DNA from: Callorhinchus milii | Lineage: Eukaryota | DNA length: 64,000 bases | Assembly (NCBI RefSeq): GCF_018977255.1 | Contig: NW_024704747.1 | Coordinates: 30,194,001 to 30,258,000, forward strand | Direction of reading: 5' to 3' | In this document: positions 26,770 through 40,539 of the stretch, piece after piece | Layout of the letters: every line of letters starts with the position of its first letter | Position numbering within the stretch: position 1 is the stretch's first letter | Made by a program: the position numbers and the translations under genes | Notes under the pieces: model-generated | Databases searched by the model: none | What the model was told of the DNA's origin: nothing | Seen by the model: only the letters and a program-made list of their open reading frames with translations

Positions 26770-27312
26770 GGGGTGAAAATTGCAATGTGTGATCTTTTAT
26801 AATACCAATGTGCTCATTAGCACATGCAGTGTTGCCTTACACAATAAAATGGCCTGAGAGCAATTACCACATCACGCTGTTCTCAAGTGAGTTGGAGGTT
26901 GACCCCTTCAATTTCCCAAACCAGTTTCAATAATAATAAATAATAATCCCCGCATTTGATACAGCGCCTTATCACATCTTCGAGACGTCTCAAGGCGCTT
27001 CACAGAATATACTGTAAAGTGGATTGACTGTATAATGTGTGGGCATTTCGCCCTGTCCTGCCGGGGAATCGAACCTAGGTCCTCTCGCTTGCGAGGCGAG
27101 TGCTCAAACCACTGAGCTACAGGACTCCACATGCTCTTCACATGGGGGAGTGTGAAACTGCTGGTTTGAGGAAAGCAGGCTTAACCAACAAAAAGAATCA
27201 AGGACCCGTCGGTGTGTAAATCATCAATAGGTAGGTTTTTGCAAGGCGTGTGTGGTAATTAGAAGCCTGGGTGTTAATGAATTAACACAACACACAACAC
27301 AATTTTCACCCC
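26770..27312. mobile_element. Putative PIF/Harbinger-like MITE containing a nested SINE
   Basis: 13-bp TIR GGGGTGAAAATTG (26770-26782) / CAATTTTCACCCC (27300-27312); ATA on both flanks. Confidence 0.45.
26928..27131 (-). mobile_element. Family A SINE with the central body deleted
   Basis: tRNA head joined to the tail at ...GGGCGAAATGCCCACA.... Confidence 0.85.
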
Positions 27313-27604
27313 ATACTTACAAGATGGGTAGTGAAATCTCTGGTGTGTCAGATATTCTCAGAGAGCAATCCTGGGCAGTGAGTGCCAGGGGGTATTTGAC
27401 AACGTACACCATCAATTACACACATTAGGAAATGATGCAATGCTCAGAGTCGCATCTCGCCATGCTGGGAACACTCATTATTCCTCTTCACCACCAACCA
27501 TTGTGGTCCTCGCTGCTGTTAACCAACTCAGCCCAACGCTATTATGTCTCATTGTGACATAATCGACAATTGAAGTGTTTTTGCCGGCAAACAGACAGAG
27601 ATTT

Positions 27605-27925
27605 ATAATAATACTAATCCTTGCATTTGATATAGCGCTTTTCACCTCAGGAGGCCGTCCCAAAGCGCTTCACAGAATATACTGTAAAGTGAATTGACTG
27701 TATATTTGTGGGCGAACGCAGCAGCCAATTGCGCACAGCAATGTCCCACAAACAGTCGTAGATTGAAAATGACCAATTTATTATTGTTTTTGGTTTTGGA
27801 GGGATTATTATTAGGCTCTGTGTGGAGTAAGGAAACTTGCCCAAGGTTTCGCCCTCTGCCTGGGATTGAACTCAGGTCTCTCACTTGCAAAGCGAGTGCT
27901 CTAACCACTGAGCTACAGGACTCCA
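27605..27925 (-). mobile_element. Young SINE subfamily B, full length
   Basis: Near-identical to copies at 40540, 44777, 52989 and 58049; diagnostic CTCCACACAGAGCCTAATAATAATCCC junction. Confidence 0.92.
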
Positions 27926-27934
27926 ACAATGCCA

Positions 27935-28231
27935 ACAATGTCCCCCACACAGTCTTGAGGTGAATGACTGATGAATCAGGGAGAATTGTTGGCACATCAG
28001 GACACAGGGAGAATCTCCCTTCTCTTTTGAAGGTGAGATGTTTCACACTGAGCTCTGAACAGGCAGATGAGACCTTGTTTTTAAGTGATGTCTGCAACAA
28101 TGCAACACTCTCCCAGTGCTGTACTGCTGTCCTGTCAGCTCTGACCATGAGCTCAAGCCCCAGTGTGAGGCTTCAATCCATATCCTTCTCAACCGGAGAG
28201 ATGAAATAACTACCAATGGAGCCAGACTGAC
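27935..28231 (-). mobile_element. Old DeuSINE (SacSINE1-like), 3' part missing
   Basis: Reverse complement of GTCAGTCTGGCTCCATTGGTAG head and Deu-like core (CTGAACAGGCAGATGAGACCTTG on the + strand). Confidence 0.65.
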
Positions 28232-30444
28232 ATAAAGAAGGCGCAGAGGTAAACAGTTCTCGTCATAACAACGTGTTTACTTACAATCAATACTTAGAAA
28301 GAAGAATATAATATTTGCTAGCGAGAGAAGACCAAGGTCTGTCTAGTTCACCTTCCAGCATCTTGGCACTCGCTTGACATGTCATGTTCCCCAAACTATA
28401 CACGGTCTCCCCAGATACTATTTTCTAGCATAAATCTATCTCATTTGTTCTTGAAGCAAATGACATTTTCTGCTTCCACCGTCTCCCTAGGGAACCTGTT
28501 CTATAAGTTTACCAAAATTACTATTTATCTCTTAGAAGACTGACGTGACGAGTTCATATTTAAAGTACATTTCAAAAAACATTAAAAAAACTGAAGTTAA
28601 TATTCGTAGCAACAGGAGTTCAGAGCTCTTATCAATACAGGTTCTAACAACCTTTTATCCTTTTCTAATGTGATAATAGTAAGTGCCCACATTGACTGGC
28701 TGGAGCTTTGATTTTCATTTGTCACTTGAACTCTAATCAGATTGAACGCATGTGAAACTCAGCAATCTATTTGCTGGATCTTTACGCAGTACAGTGGAGT
28801 AAATAAGAATAGGACACTGCACAAAGAGGCCATGATGGAATAGAATTATGTGTAACAAATACTTCCTTGAGAAAAATGTTCACGCGTTCCTACACAGGAC
28901 ACCATTATATTGATGTTTCAATACGAGTATCTTCGTGTGGGACAGATATTCGGGTCTGAAGCCTAAAGCACTGATAACAAAAAAACAGCAATCTTCAGCA
29001 CAGAAATCACTGGTGTAAAACGACAGTAAACCAGATTTTAGAGCAATGTTATGTTCTTTTCGGATGAGGTTATTGCATTGGAATCCTTCCCGTACTATTG
29101 GGACATGTTCTGGGGGAGCTGGTGTCTTGCTTTAGCTTTGCTGGTGGGTATAATGACGGATTCTGAGCACATTTCATGCACTTGATGAATGGCAACCTCA
29201 CGAAAGGTTTGTGATGCAATCATTACAACGTTAGTGAAAGAATTACTCTGAGGTTATTTTGCACAATAACAAAAAACTCCTGAGCTTGGAGTATCATTTA
29301 TACAATTGCAGCAAATGTGTGAACTAACTTCAAGTTATTGGCGGATATTGTCAAAATCCTTGTAACATCCTTGCAAAAGGTTGTTTGTGTGGTTGTTGGT
29401 GGCTGTGCAGTGTACACCATTTAATGAGCTGACGTGATTGTAGTAATTGACGTTTACCATGCCAACTCAACCTAACTCTCTAACGGTCGCCACACAACTC
29501 CATTCCACATGTAATCTACTTTCACTGTCTTCCAAAAACGATACTAACCAAAAGGAAAGACAAAATCCTAAATCGTGTCCACCACACCATAACACAGCAC
29601 ATTTAATTTTCTCTTGCCATTATATCTTGCGACTTAGACAATAATATGTGTTAATAATAGAGCTGCCAAACCATTAATCTTGGTAGCAAATCAGATAATA
29701 CTAATTTGGTCACTCAATCCACGACTGTTTGTGGGACACTGCTGTACGCAATTGGCTGCCACGTTTCGCCCACAGACATACAGTCACTACGCTTTACAAT
29801 ATTTTCTATGAAGCGCTTTGAGACGTCTTGAAGACGGGGTAAGACTCAATATCAAATGCAAGGATTATTATTATTAATAAGTGGAATATCTCACCTCCGA
29901 CGCCAAATGCATTATTTTTTTTAACCTCAATCTAAAAATTACAAGAATTTTTTTTCTATAATGCATCTTGTTTGAAATGGCAGCAGGAACTGATATGTGA
30001 TGGATTCCAGACATCTGGTCGCAAACAGATTTCTGTAGAAATAAAGTTGTCATTTGCTGATTTAACAAAAGCAATTAATTTGTAGCAAACAGAGACGGAG
30101 TGGGCATTGCTGGGAAACATATGGTGTGACGGGGTACAAGATTGCAAGGCTTCCCTTGTTCAGTGAAGCGCAGGAAAACACAGGGGCTTCACAGGTGCAC
30201 TAAAGAAATTAAATTGTAAGATGAGTGATCACAAAACATGGCCTGCATTTTTCATGTAAAACATGCACAGAAGCTATCCAACTGAGTAGGAGTAGAAGGC
30301 GAGATTGCTTGTTTTTTTTAAAAAAGGGGGAAATCATTAGTAAAAGCAGAGGCCTAATTTACATTTGCTGCTTTGAATTTGGACACACGTCAAATGTTCA
30401 TTGTTGGGAACATTTGAGTATACGCTGTGGTTGAAGAACTGTGT

Positions 30445-30682
30445 ACAACAACAACAACAAATGACATTTACACAGCGCTTTTCACGTCGGGAGGACGTCC
30501 CAAGGCGCTGGGCAGTGGCGGAGCACGACACTGAGCCGGAGTGGGAGGTGGGAGGTGACCATAGGCACGGTCAAAGAGGAAGGTCTTCAGACGCAACCTG
30601 AAGATGGGGAAGGAAGGGGCGAGACGGGGGTACAGAGGGAGAGCGTTCCAGATTTTCGGGGCTGAAAGCACGGCCACCGACG
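30445..30682 (-). mobile_element. L2-clade LINE 3' end
   Basis: Translates SAPKIWNALP...SFPIFRLRLKTFLFDRAY (L2 ORF2 C-terminus), then the terminal stem-loop and (TTG)n. Confidence 0.88.
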
Positions 30683-33600
30683 GTGGAATCCTCTCAGATT
30701 AGGTCTCTTATGTTCTGTGTGGATGTGAGGCTGTAGCTGCTTTGCTTCTCTACAGGAGTTCCTCTGCCGACCAAGCAATCTGCCGTTATACAAGACAAAG
30801 CGAAATGCATTGGAAACAAGTTTCAGGTCATCAGCAGACAAGCTTTCAGAGTGTGTGCTAATTTGTAGATAAAGCAAAGATGTACTGCCCGTAGTCAAAC
30901 TAAAATCACTTAAGCGCTTAAGAGATCAAAGGTAAGGCATTTCTGTCATTACCAGAATTTGTAGCATTTTAAAGTCTTAAATGTTTAAAAACCTGCAATC
31001 TCTTCCATTTGTTGTGCACACGAAGAAAGACAGTATTTAATTTTCTGCCTTCTGTTGGGTTAAATCATACTTTTGAAGCCTTAGGGGCAAAATTTCCTTC
31101 TGTCAGAAACATTGATACATGATTGTCTTTCTAGCAGAACAGACATTTGGGTCATTGCCGATTGAAGTGGTGGCCTTCAGCTGTTGGAATGTTCTGCAAT
31201 GTCTCAAACCTTTTGGCAACAGAGGAGGGGCATGGGGGGGATTTCATTATTTGCAGACGAGGTGGGAAGTCTTAGCTGCGTGTGTGCGGATTAATGCAAA
31301 TTTGGCTGAGAATTCAATGGCAGCATTACTTGGAGTTAATCATTTCAATTCATTTTTCACCCACAAAATACAGTCAATTCAATACACAATATTTCTATGA
31401 GGGACTTTGAGACATCTCTCTCAACCATGTCATAAGACAACTTATCAAATGCAAGGATTATGATTATTATTACTAACTAATGCCTAAAAATTAAAGAATT
31501 AAAGTTAGGTAACAATTTTAATATTCTGTTCACAGTTGGAGTTCTCTTTTGGCGATGGATGCAATACCGATTTGTCTTTGTTAAGGTAAATAAAACTTAC
31601 AAATTCTGAAGGTGCCTTGTATTAATCAAAAAAAGTCCCCAATATCCATGTATTTTGTAAGCTACACACAGTCCATGGTTTACTCACCCTGGTACAGTCG
31701 GATTATTCTGTTCAGCCAGGCTGTCACACCAGGACCGGTGTGATGGGAGTTTCAGGGCATTGGAAACACAGAGTTCATTGAGAATGAATTTCACAGTTCA
31801 GCCATCGGAGACGCATGTAAATGAAAGAATTCCCTCTTCACAACCACAAGAACTTCGGCTGCCAATCTGAGCCCAACAGGGATTTCCAGATAGCAGCAGC
31901 CTGATGATCAACAGAGATAATGTGGATGTGACATTATGTTGAACGCTTGCCTTGACTGCCTTGCGGATTGCTTACACACAAAGGTATTTTTTGTTACTTC
32001 CCTGTTTTCCTTTGCTTTAGCACATGTTAAGTAAACAGTGTTTTGGAAAGACAGATTGTTTCCCCCTATCCCCACTCCACGATTCTCTCTTCTGAAGGCA
32101 CTGATGATGTTTGCTGCATACACCACCACTGGTGCTAGTTATTCTCCAGTTATATTCTCCAGTTACCCAAGTGGCCATTTTTCATGTGTGAGTGTAAACA
32201 GTTTCCTGATATCCACGCACTGTTTCCCAGCCGAGGTAACCAGAGAGACATCAGGAGCAGATCATCTTGGATACAAAGGCCTTGGATGATTTCTTTCCAC
32301 ATAGCTTAGGGCAGTGGAAGTGTGTGTGACCCAGTACATTTTACACGAGATAAATCCCATGGCAACTGCAGGGAAAAAGAAGATAGTTTTTGCCTGTTGT
32401 CCTGGCCAACAATCTCCCCAGATTAAAATTGGTCATTCAACCAGTCGTGGATTGAGTGACCAAATTATTAGTATTAATAATAATAATAAAATCCTTTGTT
32501 TCCATTCCCCCTCCCCCAACCCACACAGACTGCTTACTACCAGCTATTCCCTTCCAGGGAATGTCCTGACACAGATCCTACCGTACCTCTTGCTAGAGTC
32601 TCCTAGATCACCTAACTGGAAATTATATCATTCAAGCAGTTTGCTCATGGTGCTTGAACTGATAAATTGATTAGGAATTGACAACTTGAGTCACCCTGCA
32701 CTGGGACGTTTGTTGTGTGCAATTGGCTGCCGCGTTTCAGCCACAAAATATACATTCCAGTCACCTTACCTTATATTCTGTGAAACACTTTGAGAAGTCT
32801 CGAAGATGTACTAAAGCGCTATATCAAATGCAAGGATTATTATTTATTATATGCCACAAATGGTACATTTAAATAATCGTACTCAAATTGCAGCAAGCAT
32901 GACACACCTTACTTTGTAGTGCTTTGATCCTATTCTAATGCCTGCAAATACTAATTCCCCTCTCCCAGTAATAGACGATGTACTCTAGTAGGACCTACCC
33001 CTCTTTAAATCACCTTTCATCAATTGTGGACAACAGTGTCTCCTTGATTACTATTACTGACAAAGTAATAGGAGTCAAACAACCCACGTGCTCATAGTCG
33101 ATGACTCGTTCAGAACAGATGATAACTGAAGGTTATTCATGTGTGAAAAAACCTATTATACCACAGGTGATGTAGAAAAATATGTAAATAATTTACCAAC
33201 GTGACAGCCTGCTGTCTTATCAAAGGCACATTTACAATCACACTTGATACCATCTTACAGCAGGAAGCATGATATTGCAGCTTCACAGCCTTTGTTGTTG
33301 CTGACATATGTGTTATCGTTTGGATAGCCCAAAGGGGGAGAGAACAATACTGTGTTTACAAGGGTTTACAATTCCCAGGCACCACCATTTATCACACTTT
33401 GTTGTTTGATCTCCTCATAGTTATTTGGAGTAACAGGAAACTTTTGTGCATTATAATGTAGACAGTGAATACCGTATGTGATATTAATGGAATACATGAT
33501 TTGGTGAGAATGGTGAAAGTGCTTGACTGGCTTCATAGATTATTCAAACTTTTGGTGACGAAATCCTTGATGTCACAAGCCTTACTCACATTGAAATTAT

Positions 33601-34414
33601 GATTGGAAACTCACCTGCTCGACTGACCAGGAAACTCATACAGTTACCAGAGGAAAACATTCAACAAAGGGATCTGTTTATCGCATGGCTCGATACTACC
33701 ACATGGCAAAGACCGCCCATAACATTTCAGACCCCATATCTGTCCTGCACTACCATGAATCCTATGGGTATTATTTTGTTTAAAATAAAATTCCAATCCT
33801 CTCCTAACATCGCTGAATCAAGCTGGGTTTGGTTTGGCGATTTCCCTCCAGCACCTCATTCGTTTTATGTTAGTGAGACAGTGAGTGTCAGGAGGCTATT
33901 TAACAAAGGAGATATCAGCCAAATCTGATTCTGACTTGACGTCCATTATTCTGTGAGCTATTTTGTACATTTAGTTGGTGAGATATTGCCTCAGAGGCCT
34001 GTTATTATAGATTCTGTGTCCATACTTGTGATCAAAGAGCTGCTTACAGCAAAGAGTGTTGGCGTTTTAACATGTGCTTCTTCCTAAAAAGACACTTACT
34101 GGATTTTTATTCCACATTGGCTTTGAAACCAGAGCTGTTTGAGTTTGGCTCACAAAATAACGTGGAAGACGTCAAAAGTAATGTAGGAGAAAGTCTACCA
34201 CGGGAATTGTTCTGTTGCATTGTCAGGTCCAGAGAGACTGGCTGGTTATTTAAAATTACTGCAGAAAAAAAATGAAGGATAAATATCGGTGATAATTATA
34301 TAATTTGAAACTTTGAAATTGTCTGCTCTTCCTATAGACTTCCTTTAATAATAAATCCCAACAGGACCTAAGAACATGGAGGACAATTTTAATGAGCTGT
34401 TTATACTGTGATGA

Positions 34415-34670
34415 TAATGATAATAATAATTCTTGCATTTGATATAGGGCTTTTCACATCTTCGAGACATCTCAAAGCTCTTCACAGAATATGCTGTAAC
34501 GTGAATTGACTGTGTGTTTTGTGGGTGAAAGGCAATTTATCCTGGATATTTAGACTAGGACACTGGGAGAGAGAAATTCTCTTCTCTTTTCATGTATTGC
34601 GGTGAGTCTTCAACCCCCACTTGAACAGGCAGACAGGACCTCGTGTTAATGACGGCACCTCGTGACTGCC
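34415..34670 (-). mobile_element. DeuSINE fragment with shared tail
   Basis: Tail plus TTGAACAGGCAGACAGGACCTCG...GACGGCACCTC Deu-like core. Confidence 0.7.
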
Positions 34671-35577
34671 GTCAAATGCAAGGTTTATTATTTACTGACT
34701 ACAGTGTTTTAAACAGATTCAAATAGAATGAACAGCCCTGGGAAGCTGTGTTTAAATTGTGTTCAAACAGCAATGTCTGTGTTTTTAGTACACAAAGTGG
34801 TATTTTCTTGCGGTAATTACGAACAATTGTGTCACAGTTAACTCGCACATTTCCTTCTCTGACCTCTGAACACCTCCTCTTTGAGAAAGATTTATCTCTC
34901 TATTATGCAATGCATCTTTCCGAACAAACCCATCCTTTTCTACTTTGTTTTATTCTAAACCCAGCTGTAGTCATTTCCATAGAATTTCTCCAGTAAAAAT
35001 CAAAGTGTAATTATCCTTGAAAATCTATTCAAAGCATCCATCAAACTTGATGCATGCCGTGCTCCATTTAACATCGTACGTAAATCTCTCTGCTTTAAAC
35101 TCCCCATAACCTCTAAAAAAAAGGCCAATTCTTCCTCTCAATTTGAATCACTGACGTCACATTTCACATTAGAAATAGAACAGAGGACACAACAGCAAAA
35201 TAGGTTTGGCTTAACAAACCCCAGATATAGATTTACAAACAACAAAAGTGAAATAGTTTAAACTCTATTCCAATATACTTCGAATATTCTGTTATTTACT
35301 GTGAAGGTACATGTCAAATAAAATGGTACATATTAAAGAATCGACCTTCTTTGAAATTGTTGAGTATTTCATCGAGAGATGGACGTGGATTTTTTTTGAG
35401 ATGAGTGGGTCATGCTATTTCAGATTAGATGTTAAACCGTCTGCCTGCCCGCCCAAGTCCTTCAGATACATGTTAACGATCCCAATGGCACCCCATCCTA
35501 GAGAGTGCTGGAGACCTGGAGAGTTCTGTTAGTATCTTCACCAGTAGGACTTCCTCATGCAAATTCACTCCAAACAA

Positions 35578-35912
35578 AAGAGGACCCGGGTTCGATTCCC
35601 GGCAGGGTGAAACGTTAGGTAAGTCTCCTTACTCCACATGTCTCTGTTTACCCAGCAGTAAGTAGGAACCCGGTTGTTAGTCGATTGGCAGATCACTTTC
35701 CTGGAGTCATAATCGTTTCAAAAATAAGTAATAATTTAGTCACTCAATCCACGACTGCTTGTGAGATGCTGCTGTGCGAAATTGGCTGCTGCGTTTCGCC
35801 CACAAAATATACAGTCAATTCACTTTACAGGGTATCCTGTGAAGCGCTTTGAGGTGTCTCGAAGACGTGATAAGGCGCTGTGCCAAATGCAAAGATTATT
35901 ATTATTATTAAT
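35578..35912 (+). mobile_element. Family A SINE starting at the B-box arm
   Basis: GAGGACCCGGGTTCGATTCCCGG through the (ATT)n tail. Confidence 0.9.
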
Positions 35913-36100
35913 AACTCTCTCCCTGAAAGACTGTGGTTGCTGGATCCATTCAAGACTGAAGTGGATAGATGTTGGGTCAGGGGATCAAGGGATATGGGGC
36001 AAAGACGGGTAATTGGAGTTGAGGTACAGATCAGCGGTGAGCTAACAAAATGTGGAACAGGCTCGAGGGGCTGAATGGCCACCTCCTGTTCCTATGTTCC
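35912..36100 (+). mobile_element. CR1 LINE 3' end
   Basis: NSLP...FKTEVDR coding remnant and GGGGCTGAATGGCCACCTCCTGTTCCTATGTTCC tail. Confidence 0.82.
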
Positions 36101-36981
36101 ATTTCCCTCCCCCCAACCACACACACACACACACTAATGACCTATAACATATTTTAAGCAGGACAACAGGATTACTTTGTTTGGCTCCAAGGTTAACAAG
36201 TGCATTGATGACTTGAATGCTCTACTGAAGAGTAACAGAGTAAGACTGGATTCCGAATGTTCCTCCAGTTTGTCAGGACATTTTCAACATCTGCTGACGG
36301 TATCTATTTCAGGGACTTCCCCAGGAAGTCTTGCTGCTCTCTGTATAGTCTGTATCTCATTACAGGAAGCTTCACAATAGGACTTTCCCGTTCACTGCTC
36401 ATTCAAAGGCACATTAAAATCAGCTCACTCTCAAAATACACCTGAAGTTCTTACCCTTTCAACCTACCCCGGATGGTGACATTGAAAGGTGCCATCAAAT
36501 GACTCGCAAAGGAAACCTAGCTTTCTATCCACCACTTAACATCTATTTTAGGAGATTCCCATGAGTCAATTTGTGTGTAGCGCTGCTGTGAGAAAGTCAA
36601 TTAAAACACACACTTTCAACCCATTTAACCCATCAAATCAAATTCAGATAAAGCCTTTTTCTATTTTTTTCTGAAAAAATTGGCAATAATATTATTTTCT
36701 GTGAGAAGTATTATGTAGCCGGGTACGTAGCCAATGACAGCTGAAATATATAATAATAAAAATAATAATTCTTGTCTTTGATATAGCGCCTTATTGCGAC
36801 GTCTTAAAAGTGCTTCACAGGATATATCGTAAAGTGGAATGACTGTGTATTTTGTGGGAGACATGTGGCAGCCAATTTTTATCTTGAGTCATTGGAAAGA
36901 AACCCAGAGAGGAAATTCTAGCTGTTTTTTTTCCTTGAAACCGTTATAGTCTCTTCTGGCTTCCAGCCTGAGATCTGTTGT

Positions 36982-37150
36982 TAACAACAATAATAACAAC
37001 TTGTATTTATACAGCGCCCTTCATGTGGGGCAGCATCCCGGAGCGCTTGACGGTGGCGGAGTCTGACCCCTAGCCGGGGGGGAGAGGGTGGGGTGAGGAG
37101 ACCGTAAGTACAAAAAGGAAGGTCTTCAGGTGGGACTTGAAGGTGGGGAA
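36982..37150 (-). mobile_element. L2-clade LINE 3' end, second tail type
   Basis: Minus strand ...TTCAAGTCCCACCTGAAGACCTTCCTTTTT (FKSHLKTFLF)...GAAGGGCGCTGTATAAATACAAGTTGTT. Confidence 0.78.
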
Positions 37151-39384
37151 AGCAGTTAGCATAGCACTTGCCAGCAGTTGAACTTAGCACCTTTCCTGCT
37201 AAATGACACTCACAGATTTTAGAGTCATGGTTTCTTGATCCAAGGAGACAAAGCAGTTTATAAGGGGTAATAATTACTGACTGTGTTGTAAAATCCCACG
37301 GATTGTACGTGTTCTAGACAATGTCACCTGGAATAAAATGGAAGCAACACTTAAGGGCCTGTGAAGTTGATTGGCATTTCTATATGTGAATCATATTGTT
37401 TTCAACTTCATTGGTTACCGGTTCCCAAAGCCTACAATCAGGCTGTCAAATCAGGCTCAAGATCGCTCATGTGAAACCCAACAATAAAAGGTTAACAAAA
37501 AACTGAGGAGATACAGGAAAATACAATTGTACATATAAAATTAATATCTTAATCATTGCTGCATTAAGAACTAATTATTGAATATGGGTACACATTTATA
37601 AATGGCAATAATTCTGTCTACCTTTAAAATTGCCGATTTTGCTGCATATACTCCAGCAAATCAAATGCATTGTCATCTCCTAATCTGTTATTACCTACAA
37701 AATTGCACAAGTTATTTCAATGATTACGGTAGCTAGTTACTGTTTCCATTAAATCATTTGGAATCAAGGACAGGTGGTGGGATGGTTCAATAATAATAAT
37801 CAAAGCCCAGATCCTCTCGCTTGTGAGGCGAGCGCTCCAACCACTAAGCTACAGGATGTTATCACAGTATTTTGACAGTTATACAGTGAATGTTATCAGG
37901 AAAGCTCCTCAATGACTTGTGCTATGGTGACTGATTCTGTTCTCTTCTCTCCCCACCTGCCCAATCTTAAATAGCGAGCATCAGCTTCTTATTTTGTTCA
38001 CACAAATTATCGGTTTTTTTTCCTCCCGTATCAGTAACAGATTTTGAGTCGTGTGTTGCAAATCAATATCTGTGCGCAATTGTCTGCCGTGTTTCGCCCA
38101 CAAAATACACAGTCACTACACTTTACTGTAGATTTTGTGATGCGCTTTGAGACGTCTCAAAGCCATAATAAGTCGCTGTACCAAATGCAAGGATTAGTAT
38201 TATTATAAATAGTTTTTTAAATAGCTTTTTTTTTAACTTTAAAATGAAACTTCGGACATACATCTGCAACGCAATTCAAAGAGGGGTATTCCTGGCTCAT
38301 GGCCTTTAGTTCAATCGGTCATTAACTTGTGTTTTGCCAAAGAAATGGCTTGAGTTCAGCTGTGATTTACTGATTTACTGAGATACAGATTCATGGCTGT
38401 TTGTGGGACTTTACAGTGTGAGAATTGGCAGCTATGTTTGCCTACTAACACACAGTCACTACACTTGACAGCAGCTGCTTGCTTTTAAATATTTTGCCAT
38501 TACAGGCACTATATTAATTGCAAGGGGCATTTTATTATATTTAGATATGACCAGAAAAATAATCAAAGATATAGGTTCATGTTTTCTTTTAAAAGCAGGA
38601 ATATTGTATACTGTATGTAGGTACAGTTATATCCCTTCTCTTCATGAATTTGCCGTAGGAATATCGCAAGTATGAATACTTCAGCTTCCTGCCTCTCAAT
38701 TTCCTTTGCAGCTCATCTGAAGTTGTCTTCAACAATTTGTTAACGTGATCCCGAGAAGGCTTCATATTGTTGTAAGATGCAAAGAGTGGAAAAACCTCTT
38801 TTATAAAGTGCTCTTAGCCTTCCTGCCACGCGCTGAGCTGCTGTTGGGGATGTCAGGGTATAAAATGATGTGCCAGGGCTGTTCGTTAGAGCAGAGTCAA
38901 TTGGGCAGTTTAACAATTGGACACACACACACATGCAGAGGAAGAGTATGAGAGGGAACTGGGAAAGAGCAGGGAAATGGGACTAGGATAGATGACTTCC
39001 TAGAGGAGGAAAGTGTCACAAAATAATGAGCCAAATGGCCTCCTACCGTGTTTTACTTTTCTATGGCTCTATGGTACATCATAATAGCAAGATTGTCTGT
39101 CATGGTATCCCTAGGCAGTAGGTCTCATGTTATACGATCCCAGTACTGTGTCTTTGAATCCCCAATTATATATAATGGATCCACGGCAATTAGTAAACAA
39201 AGACTTGCATTCAGGCTTGGATTCGAGGTAGTTAGTAATCTCCAACATTTAAAGGAGTAGTATGCCCCAGAAATATGCTTGTTAATGTTGGTTTAGGGAT
39301 ATTATTATTTGTTTTTATATCATCTCAGCCTAGTATTTAACATTTAAAATTTTAATTTTATTTGGATAGCGCACTACACCGTCA

Positions 39385-39756
39385 ATTATAGCGCCTTATC
39401 ACATCTTTGAGACATCTCAAAGCGCTTCACAGAATATACTGTAAAGTGAATTGACTGTGTATTTTGTGGGTGAAACACGGCAGCCACTTGTGTACAGCAG
39501 CGTCCCACAAACAGTCGTGGATTGAGCAACCAAATTATTATTTTTATTATTAATTTATTTATTTTGAAGGGATTATTACCCTCAGAAAAGCGATCCATCA
39601 ATTGACCAATAACCAGGTTCCTACTTACTGCTGGTAAACAGAGGCTGTGTGTGGAGTAAGGAAACTTGCCCAATGTTTCGCCCTGTCCGGGAATCAAACC
39701 CAGGTACCTCTTACTCGCAAGGTGAGTGATCTAACCACTGAGTTACAGAACTCCAC
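39385..39756 (-). mobile_element. Family A SINE, near full length
   Basis: Head, body and most of the tail in reverse complement. Confidence 0.9.
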
Positions 39757-39849
39757 AATTATAAAATCGATAGTTCTTTCTTTTTCAAAGATAACTCGTA
39801 CAATTGGGAATTAGGAAATAACATTATGGGATATACTGCATTGGTACAT

Positions 39850-39950
39850 ATGGGGGCATATGTGCATGCGACCGCCAGGAAGGTGGAAGGCGAACTGGAT
39901 GGACCTTGGTCTTTTCTCGTCAAGCATTTCTTATGTTCTTATATGTTCTT
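39850..39950 (+). mobile_element. CR1-type 3' tail, second type
   Basis: GGCGAACTGGATGGACCTTGGTCTTTTCTCGTC...(TTCTTATG)n; related minus-strand copy at about 28320-28510. Confidence 0.6.
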
Positions 39951-40196
39951 AATTGTACCTTATTAACCCTCTGCCTTTCCGACATGAAGTGCCAATGTAA
40001 GGTAACAATGCCTATTTTGTTTTCTGGAAAATCTGCCCCCGTTGTAATGAGATCTTTACTGCTTGTTAAAGTGTAGTGTGGGTATCCCTTACCAGCTAAT
40101 GAGTCAGACACACAAAATGCTCTTCCTATAATTTAGAAAGTAAAGGGATACCATTAAAGTGGACACAGGCCAAGTTATCTTCTTACTTCAGAATAA

Positions 40197-40505
40197 GACA
40201 ACAACAACAACAAATGACATTTACACATCGCCTTTCAAGTCAGGACAAGTCCCTGACATCCTAAGGCGCTGGACAGTCAGGGATTTGGACCCAAACTGGG
40301 GGCTGGGATCAGGAGGGATGCAGGGCAGGGAGGGTGACCAAAGGCACAGTCAAAGAGGAGGGTCTTGAAGGAGGCCAGGGAGGGAACGAGGTGGACAGAC
40401 TGTGAGATGGAGTTTCCAAAGGATGGGAGCAGAGAGGCTGAAGGCCTGACCACCGATAGTGGGGAGGAACGTGGAGCAGGCCGGAGCAGAGGGAGCAGAC
40501 AGGTT
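40197..40505 (-). mobile_element. L2-clade LINE 3' end
   Basis: TIGGQAFSLSAPILWK...FKTLLFD remnant with (TTG)n terminus. Confidence 0.8.
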
Positions 40506-40539
40506 GATATGGAGATAAATGTTTAGCTTACTGGATGTG

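Noticed and set aside
27642-28148. Recurrent ORFs with motifs such as [16 protein letters not shown] or ESCSSVVRALAL suggesting a peptide family
   Set aside because: They are translations of SINE copies with inconsistent starts, stops and frames.
30810-30838. Minus-strand CTGATGA...GAAAC hammerhead-like words
   Set aside because: Only 3 nt separate CUGAUGA and GAAA, so stem II cannot form, and no stem I is present.
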